A stretch of 64,000 nt of DNA from Chitinophagales bacterium (GTDB lineage Bacteria; Bacteroidota; Bacteroidia; Chitinophagales; UBA10324). This document shows, one piece after another, positions 31,177-39,626 of the stretch. Within the stretch, counting starts at the first letter, position 1, and every line of letters begins with the position of its first letter. A program made the position numbers and the translations under genes. Location: contig JBDHXV010000005.1 of assembly GCA_039810885.1 (NCBI GenBank), positions 14,610 to 78,609 on the forward strand, read 5' to 3'. The notes under the pieces are model-generated. The model was not told the DNA's origin and did not search any database. It was given only the letters and a program-made list of their open reading frames with translations.

Positions 31177-32220
31177 ATGAATACAAAAGACCTAATAATA
31201 TGGTTTGTGCTGTTGTTATTTTCCTTAACGGCATGCCGTCACGATGCTGTAAATACGCAACATCATAACGTTGACACAGCAAAATATAATCCTACAGCTT
31301 ATTATATGGACACATTGAGACCATATTATCCTATAATGAAATTGAATCCTAACAACCCAATGACGAAAGAAGGCGTTTCGCTGGGGCGTATGCTGTATTA
31401 TGAAAATGCTGTTAGTAAAGACAATAATCGTTCATGCTCTACTTGCCACTTTCAATCACAATCATTTTCCAGTGATGTGATAAACGAGGGTATGCACATA
31501 TTACCTCACGTGAATTTGGCGTGGAATAAATATTTCTTATGGAATGGAGGGGTAGAAGGGACTATGGAAGATGCTATGATGTTTGAAGTGCAAGACTTCT
31601 TTGAATGTAATCCCGAACAGTTGAAACCGGTACATGATTACCCCTACTATTTTTTTAAAGCTTTTGGAAGCACAGAAATAACCACTCAAAAAATAGCCTA
31701 TGCTCTTGCGCAGTATATGCGCACTATGATTAGTGACCGTTCAAAATTTGATAAGTGGATGATGGGACAAGCCGCTTTGAGTACATCAGAAGAACGTGGA
31801 TTGAATCTCTTCTATAGCGAGCAAGCAGATTGTTTTCATTGTCATAATCTGATGTTATTCACCGATTTGGATTTTCACAACATTGGCCTGGACAGTGTTT
31901 ATGAAGGAAACAACAAGGGGCGCTACCTTGTAACCGGGGCTATGTCTGATATGGGTAAATTTAAGTCTCCATCTTTACGAAATATTGCATTACATCCGCC
32001 TTATATGCACGATGGCCGTTTTCAAACTCTAAAACAGGTGCTTGACTTTTATGCTACTCCAACTAAGCCATCTCCTTGGCTTGACCCCATACGCAGTAAA
32101 CCCAATCACTTACAGGGCCTTAACCTAAGCGAACAAGATAAATATGACATCATCGCATTTCTAAATTGCCTTACAGATTCAAGTTATATAGAAGACGTGC
32201 GCTTTTCAAACCCTTTCTAA
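31177..32220 (+). CDS. Di-haem cytochrome c peroxidase family protein (MauG/MbnH-like)
   Basis: Two CxxCH haem motifs are present: CSTCH at 31444-31458 and CFHCH at 31831-31845. The family motif FKSPSLRNIALHPPYMHDG is present, and the N-terminus looks like a lipoprotein signal (LLLFSLTAC). Confidence 0.8.
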   Translation: MNTKDLIIWFVLLLFSLTACRHDAVNTQHHNVDTAKYNPTAYYMDTLRPYYPIMKLNPNNPMTKEGVSLGRMLYYENAVSKDNNRSCSTCHFQSQSFSSDVINEGMHILPHVNLAWNKYFLWNGGVEGTMEDAMMFEVQDFFECNPEQLKPVHDYPYYFFKAFGSTEITTQKIAYALAQYMRTMISDRSKFDKWMMGQAALSTSEERGLNLFYSEQADCFHCHNLMLFTDLDFHNIGLDSVYEGNNKGRYLVTGAMSDMGKFKSPSLRNIALHPPYMHDGRFQTLKQVLDFYATPTKPSPWLDPIRSKPNHLQGLNLSEQDKYDIIAFLNCLTDSSYIEDVRFSNPF

Positions 32221-32426
32221 AGGTTACAAATATCTCATTGTATGCCGGGATGGCGGTATAAAGGCGATTAAAAAGTATCGAGTAAGTTTGCAGTACAATC
32301 ATGGTTTGGATTAATATAAAAAGACGCCCTTCATAATATTCCATCCCTATGCCTTAATACATCATTAGAGGCACTCACATGACTATTTGATTCTAACTCC
32401 AAACAACTCTTTCTTTAATTCATTTT

Positions 32427-33800
32427 ATGAAAACCATAATCGAACCCTTTAAAATAAAAAGTGTAGAACCCATTTATTTCAACACACCTGAAGAACGTAA
32501 GCGCATTATCGAACAGGCGCATTACAACCCATTTTTTATTGCATCGAAAGATGTCATCATTGATTTATTAACCGATAGTGGTACAAGTGCGATGAGCAAT
32601 CATCAGTGGGCTGCACTGATGATAGGCGATGAATCTTATGCCGGCAGCTATAGTTTTAAACACTTTGAAAACACGATAAGAGGAATAACCGGCTTCTCCT
32701 ATATTATACCTACACATCAGGGACGTGCTTCAGAACATATCCTTTTTAGCTTGACGGGAGGTAAAGGAAAATATTTCCTGAGTAACACGCTCTTTGATAC
32801 AACTCGTGCCAATATTGAATTCTCCGGCGCCGAGGGCATAGACCTCGTATGTGATGAGGCTAAGAACATTGGAGTTCCAGCCCCCTTTAAAGGAAATATG
32901 CATTGTGGAAGACTTAGAGAAACGATTAAACAATATGGCGCAGAGAATATTCCCTTCGTCATAATGACACTTACCAATAACTCCGGAGGTGGACAGCCGG
33001 TTAGTATGGCAAACTTGCGTGAAGTGAAAGCAATCTGCAATGAATTTGGCGTTAAATTAATGATAGATGCTTGTCGCTTTGCAGAGAATGCTTATTTTAT
33101 TAAGAAGCGCGAACCCGAGTTTGCGTCACGGTCTGTTCGCGAAATTGCACAAGAGATTTTCTCTTATGCAGACGTAGTAACGATGAGCGCAAAGAAGGAT
33201 GCCTTTGCGAACATTGGCGGCTTTCTTGCTTTACGCAATGAGCAATTAGCGGCACAATGTCGCAATCTGTTGATTGTAACTGAAGGCTTTAGCACCTATG
33301 GAGGTCTTGCCGGACGTGATCTTGAGGCAATTGCTGTAGGGCTTGAAGAAATTTTAGATGAGAATTACTTACAATATCGAATTAGAAGCATTGAATATCT
33401 TACAGAGAAAATAAGCGCAGCCGGTGTTCCGGTAATGTTACCGGCCGGCGGTCATGCGGTTTACCTCGACTCGCGTCGCTTCTTACCACACATTCCAGTT
33501 GATCAATATCCGGGTCAAAGTTTGGTGGCTGCACTATACACACACGGAGGTATTAGGGGAGTCGAGGTGGGTTCCTTAATGTTTGGGAAATATGATAAAA
33601 ACGGAAAACTTATTCCCGCAACGCTTGACTTGGTCCGCTTAGCGATACCGCGCAGAGTCTATACACAAAGCCACATTGACTATGTAGCGGAAGTTATTAT
33701 CGAAGTATATCAAAATCGAGATGCATGCAAAGGGCTGCTTATAACAGAGGAAGCTCCAATGCTTAGACATTTTACCATTAAATTAAAACCTATTTCATAA
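32427..33800 (+). CDS. tnaA: Tryptophanase (tryptophan indole-lyase)
   Basis: Beta-eliminating lyase with IDLLTDSGT and THQGR. The PLP lysine lies in MSAKKDAF (33192-33197). TnaA-type discriminators are FDTTR (Asp equivalent to E. coli FFDTTQ) and the C-terminal LRHFTIKL (compare E. coli LRHFTAKL). Confidence 0.8.
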   Translation: MKTIIEPFKIKSVEPIYFNTPEERKRIIEQAHYNPFFIASKDVIIDLLTDSGTSAMSNHQWAALMIGDESYAGSYSFKHFENTIRGITGFSYIIPTHQGRASEHILFSLTGGKGKYFLSNTLFDTTRANIEFSGAEGIDLVCDEAKNIGVPAPFKGNMHCGRLRETIKQYGAENIPFVIMTLTNNSGGGQPVSMANLREVKAICNEFGVKLMIDACRFAENAYFIKKREPEFASRSVREIAQEIFSYADVVTMSAKKDAFANIGGFLALRNEQLAAQCRNLLIVTEGFSTYGGLAGRDLEAIAVGLEEILDENYLQYRIRSIEYLTEKISAAGVPVMLPAGGHAVYLDSRRFLPHIPVDQYPGQSLVAALYTHGGIRGVEVGSLMFGKYDKNGKLIPATLDLVRLAIPRRVYTQSHIDYVAEVIIEVYQNRDACKGLLITEEAPMLRHFTIKLKPIS

Positions 33801-33802
33801 TT

Positions 33803-35185
33803 ATGAAAGAAATTAAACGCAGTTGGGCAGAGCCCTATAAAATGAAAATGGTGGAGTTATTAAAAATGACTACACCATCACAACGCAAAAGTGCTTTAAA
33901 AGAAGCCGGATACAATACCTTTTTATTAAAATCGGAGGATGTTTATATTGACTTGCTTACCGATAGTGGTACCAGTGCGATGAGTGATCGTCAATGGGCC
34001 GGAATGATGATGGGTGATGAGGCTTATGCGGGAAGTAGAAATTTTTATAACCTGGAACGAGTTATTAAAGAGGTCTATGGTTACAAATACGTTGTTCCTA
34101 CACATCAAGGCCGTGGAGCCGAAAATATTATCTCCCAAATACTGATAAAGAAGGGAGATATTATCCCTGGAAATATGTATTTCACCACCACTAGATTACA
34201 TCAGGAGTTGGCCGGCGGGCGGTTTGAAGACATCATCATCGACGAGGCTCACGATCCTGATAATGAACACCCATTTAAAGGAAATGTTGATTTGAGTAAG
34301 TTAGAGCGCTTGATAAAAAAATACGGAGCCGATAAGATTTCTTATGTCAGCATTGCAACAAGTGTTAACATGGCGGGCGGTCAGCCAATAAGCTTAGAAA
34401 ATCTTAAAGCCTTACGTAAACTAACCTCTAAACATGGCATTCTAATCATTCACGATATGACTCGTGTGGCGGAGAATGCCTTTTTTATACAACAACGTGA
34501 AAAGGGTTATGATAAAAAAAGTGTTCGAGAAATTGTAAAAGAAATTTGCTCATTAACCGATGGCGCAACAATGAGCGCAAAGAAAGATGCACTCGTGAAT
34601 ATAGGAGGGTTTATGGCGATAAATGATTGGGATATCTTCGAAGAGGCGCGCAACATGGTTGTGGTTTACGAAGGGCTGCACACCTACGGCGGACTGGCCG
34701 GCCGTGATATGGAGGCGATGGCAATTGGAATAGAAGAAAGTGTCAGCGATGATCATATTCGTGCCAGAGTAGGGCAAGTATTATATTTGGGTGAAAAAAT
34801 GATGGACTATAATGTACCCATCGTTAAACCTATCGGAAGTCATGGAATTTTTGTAGATGCAAAAAAGTTCTTACCTCATTTGACACAAGATATGTTCCCC
34901 GCTCAAGCACTGGCTGCAGCAGTTTATGCCGATTCCGGCGTGCGCACTATGGAACGTGGAATTGTATCGGCCGGCAGAAAGGCAAACGGAGAGAATTATT
35001 ATCCTAAGTTGGAATTAGTTCGCTTCACCATACCCAGGCGTGTTTATACCCAAGCACATATGGATGTGATTGCGGAATCGGCTGCGCGCGTCTATGAAGA
35101 TCGTATGAAAATTAAAGGATTGAAGATGGTGTATGAGCCAAAATACCTTCGCTTCTTCCAAGCACGCTTTGAGCCAATAAAATAA
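33803..35185 (+). CDS. tpl: Tyrosine phenol-lyase
   Basis: The start is 2 nt after the tnaA stop. Long stretches are near-identical to Citrobacter TPL as I remember it (AGYNTFLL, SDRQWAGMMMGDEAYAGS, PTHQGRGAEN, GNMYFTTTR, VVVYEG..YGGLAGRDMEAMAIG, YEPKYLRFFQARF). The PLP lysine lies in MSAKKDAL (34580-34585). Confidence 0.8.
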   Translation: MKEIKRSWAEPYKMKMVELLKMTTPSQRKSALKEAGYNTFLLKSEDVYIDLLTDSGTSAMSDRQWAGMMMGDEAYAGSRNFYNLERVIKEVYGYKYVVPTHQGRGAENIISQILIKKGDIIPGNMYFTTTRLHQELAGGRFEDIIIDEAHDPDNEHPFKGNVDLSKLERLIKKYGADKISYVSIATSVNMAGGQPISLENLKALRKLTSKHGILIIHDMTRVAENAFFIQQREKGYDKKSVREIVKEICSLTDGATMSAKKDALVNIGGFMAINDWDIFEEARNMVVVYEGLHTYGGLAGRDMEAMAIGIEESVSDDHIRARVGQVLYLGEKMMDYNVPIVKPIGSHGIFVDAKKFLPHLTQDMFPAQALAAAVYADSGVRTMERGIVSAGRKANGENYYPKLELVRFTIPRRVYTQAHMDVIAESAARVYEDRMKIKGLKMVYEPKYLRFFQARFEPIK

Positions 35186-35265
35186 GAAAGCAGGGAGCGG
35201 GCACTTTTTACAGAATCTTGAGTTACTATGTAAATTATATCAGTCACGGCTCAAGTAGTTTAAAT

Positions 35266-35304
35266 AAAAGCCAATTACACACAGTAATTGGCTTTTATTT
35301 TTTT
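35266..35304 (+). terminator. Rho-independent terminator after tpl
   Basis: A 13-bp perfect stem (aaaagccaattac / gtaattggctttt) with a 5-nt loop, followed by attttttt. Confidence 0.75.
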
Positions 35305-35353
35305 AACAATTTGAAACGACAAACTGCTTATCACTAAGCGACTTTAAATCAAG

Positions 35354-35361
35354 TACCTTTG
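35354..35361 (+). promoter_or_regulatory. Candidate -7 element (TAccTTTG) for purL
   Basis: Exact TAnnTTTG match 29 nt upstream of the purL ATG. Confidence 0.3.
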
Positions 35362-35390
35362 TCGTAAAATTTATACAAGAAGAATTAGCT

Positions 35391-37631
35391 ATGAGTACTA
35401 CCATAAATGAACCCATACCCGACATAGAAACTGCATTAAAGCTTGGGCTCAGCGAGAGTGAATTTGAAACAATAGTGGATGTATTAGGTCGTCAACCCAA
35501 TTTTACGGAGTTAAGTATCTTTTCTGTGATGTGGAGTGAGCATTGTTCCTATAAAAATTCTATCAAATGGCTCAAGACCCTACCTCGAGAAGGCAAGTTG
35601 TTACTGACTAAAGCAGGCGAAGAAAATGCAGGCTTGATTGATATTGGAAATAACCTAGCATGCGCTTTTAAGATTGAAAGTCATAATCATCCCTCTGCTA
35701 TCGAACCCTATCAAGGAGCAGCTACCGGAGTAGGTGGAATCCATCGCGATATTTTTACTATGGGCGCACGTCCGGTTGCGGCACTCAATTCTTTACGCTT
35801 TGGAGATTTATCTGAAAGCCGTACTAGACATTTATTACGTGGGGTAGTTAAAGGTATTGGAGATTATGGTAATGCTTTTGGCGTACCAACGGTAGCCGGT
35901 GAAGTTTTCTTTGACAAATCCTTTCATACCAACCCACTGGTAAATGCGATGAGTGTAGGCATCGTGGAAAAAGGGAAAACCGTTTCAGCTATTGCGAAAG
36001 GAGTGGGCAATCCGGTATTTATTGTCGGCTCGGCAACCGGAAAAGATGGTATTCATGGGGCTACTTTCGCTTCTACTGACATTACTGAAGAAAGTGCGGA
36101 TAAACTTCCCAGCGTCCAAGTGGGCGATCCCTTTCAGGAAAAGCTATTACTAGAAGCAACACTAGAAGCCATTACCACCGGAGCTATTGTGGGTATGCAG
36201 GATATGGGAGCTGCAGGGATTACATGTTCAACTTCTGAGATGAGCGCAAAAGGAGAGAGTGGTATGAAAATTTATCTAGATAAGGTTCCGACACGACAAG
36301 AGAATATGAAGCCATTCGAAATCTTACTATCCGAATCTCAAGAGCGAATGTTGCTGGTTATCGAAAAAGGTAAAGAAAAATTAATTGAGGATGTTTTTGC
36401 AAAGTGGGATTTGAATTGTGTTCAAATAGGAGAAGTGACCGATACTCGTTATCTGGAATATTATTTCAAAGATGGATTAGTTGCCGATGTTCCTGCTGAA
36501 GCTTTAGTACTTGGCGGCGGAGCACCGGTTTATGAAAGAGAATATACACAACCTGAATACATCGAACATCTGAATGAGTTTAACCCTGAAGAAGTACGCG
36601 TTCCTATAGACTTTAAGGTGATTGCACGTAAATTGATACAATTACCGAACATCGCATCTAAGCATTGGGTCTATGAACAGTACGATTCGATGGTAGGCAC
36701 CAACAACACTTCTGCAAATAATCCATCGGATGCAGCACTAATACGAATTAAACATACCGATAAAGCACTTGCAGTTACCGTAGATTGCAACTCGCGATAC
36801 GTACATGCTCACCCCTACACCGGAGCTATGATTGCAGTGTGTGAGGCTGCACGCAATATTATTTGTTCCGGAGCAACACCGGCTGCGATAACGAACTGCC
36901 TAAACTTCGGAAATCCCTACAATCCACACGTATATTGGCAATTTGTTGAAGCCATTAAGGGCATGGGTGACGCTTGTCGCGCACTAGATACACCCGTTAC
37001 AGGAGGCAACGTCAGTTTTTATAATCAATCAACTGATGATGGCCCCGTTCTCCCTACACCAACAATCGGCATGGTCGGGGTATTAACCGATATGAATAAG
37101 CGAATGACACTCCATTTTAAAAATATACTCGATAAAATATACATCCTTGGAGTCATTACAAACGATATTGCCTGTAGCGAGTATTTAACTCACGTGCGTG
37201 GTATCCATAACTCTCCTGCGCCTTACTTTAATTTAGAAGAAGAGTTATTAATGCAAAAACACCTTAGTGAATTGATTCAAAAAGGATTGATTCAAAGCGC
37301 ACATGACTGCTCCGAAGGAGGACTCTTCGTTACTCTTATTGAATCAGCACTAGTGGATGACCTTGGGTTTGATATCAGCACAGATAGCGATTATCGTAAA
37401 GACGCATATTTATTTGGAGAATCGCAAGGTCGTGTTGTAGTGAGCGTGCATCGCAATCAAGAGGATGCCTTTATTAAATATCTAATGAATACGGAACTTG
37501 AATTTATTTCTTTAGGACAAGTTACCAGCGGTAATATATTAATTGATGACGAGGATTTTGGTAAGATAGAAGAATGGAAAAGTTTATATAATAATGCATT
37601 GGAGAAAAGCTTGAGTAAAGATTACGAGTAG
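35391..37631 (+). CDS. purL: Phosphoribosylformylglycinamidine synthase subunit PurL (small, split type)
   Basis: 746 aa with [24 protein letters not shown] and the duplicated AIR-synthase-like fold typical of PurL II. Confidence 0.93.
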   Translation: MSTTINEPIPDIETALKLGLSESEFETIVDVLGRQPNFTELSIFSVMWSEHCSYKNSIKWLKTLPREGKLLLTKAGEENAGLIDIGNNLACAFKIESHNHPSAIEPYQGAATGVGGIHRDIFTMGARPVAALNSLRFGDLSESRTRHLLRGVVKGIGDYGNAFGVPTVAGEVFFDKSFHTNPLVNAMSVGIVEKGKTVSAIAKGVGNPVFIVGSATGKDGIHGATFASTDITEESADKLPSVQVGDPFQEKLLLEATLEAITTGAIVGMQDMGAAGITCSTSEMSAKGESGMKIYLDKVPTRQENMKPFEILLSESQERMLLVIEKGKEKLIEDVFAKWDLNCVQIGEVTDTRYLEYYFKDGLVADVPAEALVLGGGAPVYEREYTQPEYIEHLNEFNPEEVRVPIDFKVIARKLIQLPNIASKHWVYEQYDSMVGTNNTSANNPSDAALIRIKHTDKALAVTVDCNSRYVHAHPYTGAMIAVCEAARNIICSGATPAAITNCLNFGNPYNPHVYWQFVEAIKGMGDACRALDTPVTGGNVSFYNQSTDDGPVLPTPTIGMVGVLTDMNKRMTLHFKNILDKIYILGVITNDIACSEYLTHVRGIHNSPAPYFNLEEELLMQKHLSELIQKGLIQSAHDCSEGGLFVTLIESALVDDLGFDISTDSDYRKDAYLFGESQGRVVVSVHRNQEDAFIKYLMNTELEFISLGQVTSGNILIDDEDFGKIEEWKSLYNNALEKSLSKDYE

Positions 37632-37985
37632 AAGGAACCGTCAGAGGCTTATGAAAATATTCCCGCACCAACTTCTCAATTACTTACAAACAACGTTTAA
37701 TCTGTTACTATAAATACATTTAGACTTAGCTAATCACAATTAATCTTAGGATACCGATGCTTAAATGCTCAGTCTCTTTCTCTTTTGGGTTGCGAAACAA
37801 AACATAGAAGCAGGCGAACCAAAGGATTGATAAAACCGATAGTATTAGCATTCGATGAACTTGTAGAATTTGTAAAATACCTATGGAGGAAGTCTGAAAG
37901 GCTGTATCATTATACCGCAATATTGTGAACAGGATTTAGATTGTTGACGTATTCACGTGAATAACTTTTAAGCCTATGATATTGT

Positions 37986-38270
37986 ATGAAAAAATGGAGC
38001 ACCTTATGTTTACGCTCCATCAGAAAAACACACTTAATTATGAATCTACAACTTTTGTTCATCCAACGTCAATTAGGTCAAATGACTTGTAGCGAACACC
38101 ATAAAGCAGCGGGCATACAACTGCATAAAACGGGAGATCACGTCGAACTTCAACTTACGGATGCATGCTGCGAAAAATTTGAAAATGAAATTGTAAATAA
38201 GCTGGACGAGTTCCTTGATACCAACGTATTAAACCTCGTGGATGAATTATCCGTGAAATTGAAAAGATAA
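37986..38270 (+). CDS. Hypothetical small protein (start uncertain; ATG 38040 or 38082 also possible)
   Basis: The ORF is followed within 25 nt by a good terminator. I see no recognisable similarity. The region MTCSEHH...TDACCEKF is rich in Cys and His. Confidence 0.3.
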   Translation: MKKWSTLCLRSIRKTHLIMNLQLLFIQRQLGQMTCSEHHKAAGIQLHKTGDHVELQLTDACCEKFENEIVNKLDEFLDTNVLNLVDELSVKLKR

Positions 38271-38292
38271 TTCTAAATAATAATAACGTCAC

Positions 38293-38328
38293 TTAATCTC
38301 CGCCGAATTTTTTTTGCGGAGATTTTTT
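38293..38328 (+). terminator. Rho-independent terminator
   Basis: A 9-bp stem (aatctccgc / gcggagatt) is followed by a run of T residues. Confidence 0.65.
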
Positions 38329-38383
38329 TTACAATATTTTTTATTAATTGCTTTAACTTTAACACTCAGAAGCCGAAAAAATA

Positions 38384-39622
38384 ATGAATGCCCGCTTGTG
38401 TGTCTTTTTTAGTTTATTCACTAATCTTTTCTTTATACAGTTCTCAATTAATGTAGCCGCACAAAGTGTAAATAACCTTGGCGATACCTGCCTCACGGGA
38501 AATTGTACAAATGGAATAGGGAAGATGCATTATGTAAATGGAAATCAATATGAAGGCACCTTCAAAAACGGATTACCAAATGGCAAAGGCACAATGATCT
38601 ATTTGAATGGCAACAGATATGAAGGCGATTTTGAAAATAATATAAAGAGCGGCGAAGGTAAAATGCATTTTGCCAGTGGTAATATATATACAGGGCACTT
38701 CTTGGCTAACCGTATGGAAGGAAAAGGGAACTTGGCATTGGCAAACGGTGATAATTACACCGGTGATTTTATCAATGGTCAATTTGACGGTCAGGGAACA
38801 TACGAGTTTGCAAGTGGTAATAAATATATTGGAGGATTTTTTAAAAATAAGAAAAGCGGTTATGGCGAGTTCTTCTTCAACAATGGCTCGTCTTATAAAG
38901 GAAATTTTAAAGCAGATTTATATAATGGAGATGGTGTTTATACCTTCGCAGATGGAAGTTTTTACAAAGGCAACTTTATTAACAATGTTAAACAGGGAAA
39001 GGGCATCTACCACTTTGCTGATGGCAGTGAATATGAAGGTGACTTTCTAAATGATGCAATCCAAGGAACAGGAATAAGCCGGTACAATAATGGAGATAAA
39101 TATGAAGGCACCTATGTCAACGGAGCCTATAACGGCAAAGGAACATATTATTATAAAAACGGCGATCAATATATCGGCAACTTTGATAATGGAGAATACG
39201 ACGGTGTAGGATTGCTAATAACAGCAGAAGGAGATTCTATTCCCGTTACATATAAAAATGGGAAGTTGATGTCCGACATTTTAGCACAACAAGAGCCTAC
39301 TGTTGATACGATCGTAATCAAACACAACCAAGTGAGTAGTGCTGATGTGCCTTCAAAACCTGATTCGGGCATAGTACGAAAAGATCAATCGCGCCCTGTA
39401 GAAGGAAAGCCGATTGATGTGACCACTCAAAAAGTACTATGCGGGAAATGCAACGGCACTGGAAAAATATACCAACAGGAAATTAAACGACAAAAAGTAG
39501 TCACCAAAGATATCAGTAACGGTATAGGCCCCAAAAATTATGTCACGTACACGGTAGATGAAGTCTTGCAACCCGCAGGGTATATTTTGTGCCCTGCTTG
39601 TAAAGGTATTGGCAAAAAGTAG
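38384..39622 (+). CDS. MORN-repeat protein with a C-terminal DnaJ-type CxxCxGxG zinc-finger pair
   Basis: After a signal peptide come about 11 tandem YxGxFxNGxxxGxG MORN units. A linker follows, then CGKCNGTG (39440-39463) and CPACKGIG (39590-39613). Confidence 0.85.
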   Translation: MNARLCVFFSLFTNLFFIQFSINVAAQSVNNLGDTCLTGNCTNGIGKMHYVNGNQYEGTFKNGLPNGKGTMIYLNGNRYEGDFENNIKSGEGKMHFASGNIYTGHFLANRMEGKGNLALANGDNYTGDFINGQFDGQGTYEFASGNKYIGGFFKNKKSGYGEFFFNNGSSYKGNFKADLYNGDGVYTFADGSFYKGNFINNVKQGKGIYHFADGSEYEGDFLNDAIQGTGISRYNNGDKYEGTYVNGAYNGKGTYYYKNGDQYIGNFDNGEYDGVGLLITAEGDSIPVTYKNGKLMSDILAQQEPTVDTIVIKHNQVSSADVPSKPDSGIVRKDQSRPVEGKPIDVTTQKVLCGKCNGTGKIYQQEIKRQKVVTKDISNGIGPKNYVTYTVDEVLQPAGYILCPACKGIGKK

Positions 39623-39626
39623 TTAC

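Noticed and set aside
37726-37920. 64-aa minus-strand ORF with one hydrophobic helix in the purL-downstream intergenic region
   Set aside because: It uses a TTG start with no visible ribosome-binding or promoter context and has no similarity I recognise. It could be a real small membrane protein, but the sequence alone does not support that.
38670-39050. 126-aa alternative-frame ORF inside the MORN gene (also 38573-38782 on the minus strand)
   Set aside because: This is an artefact of the periodic MORN-repeat DNA, which keeps other frames open. The MORN frame is clearly the coding one.
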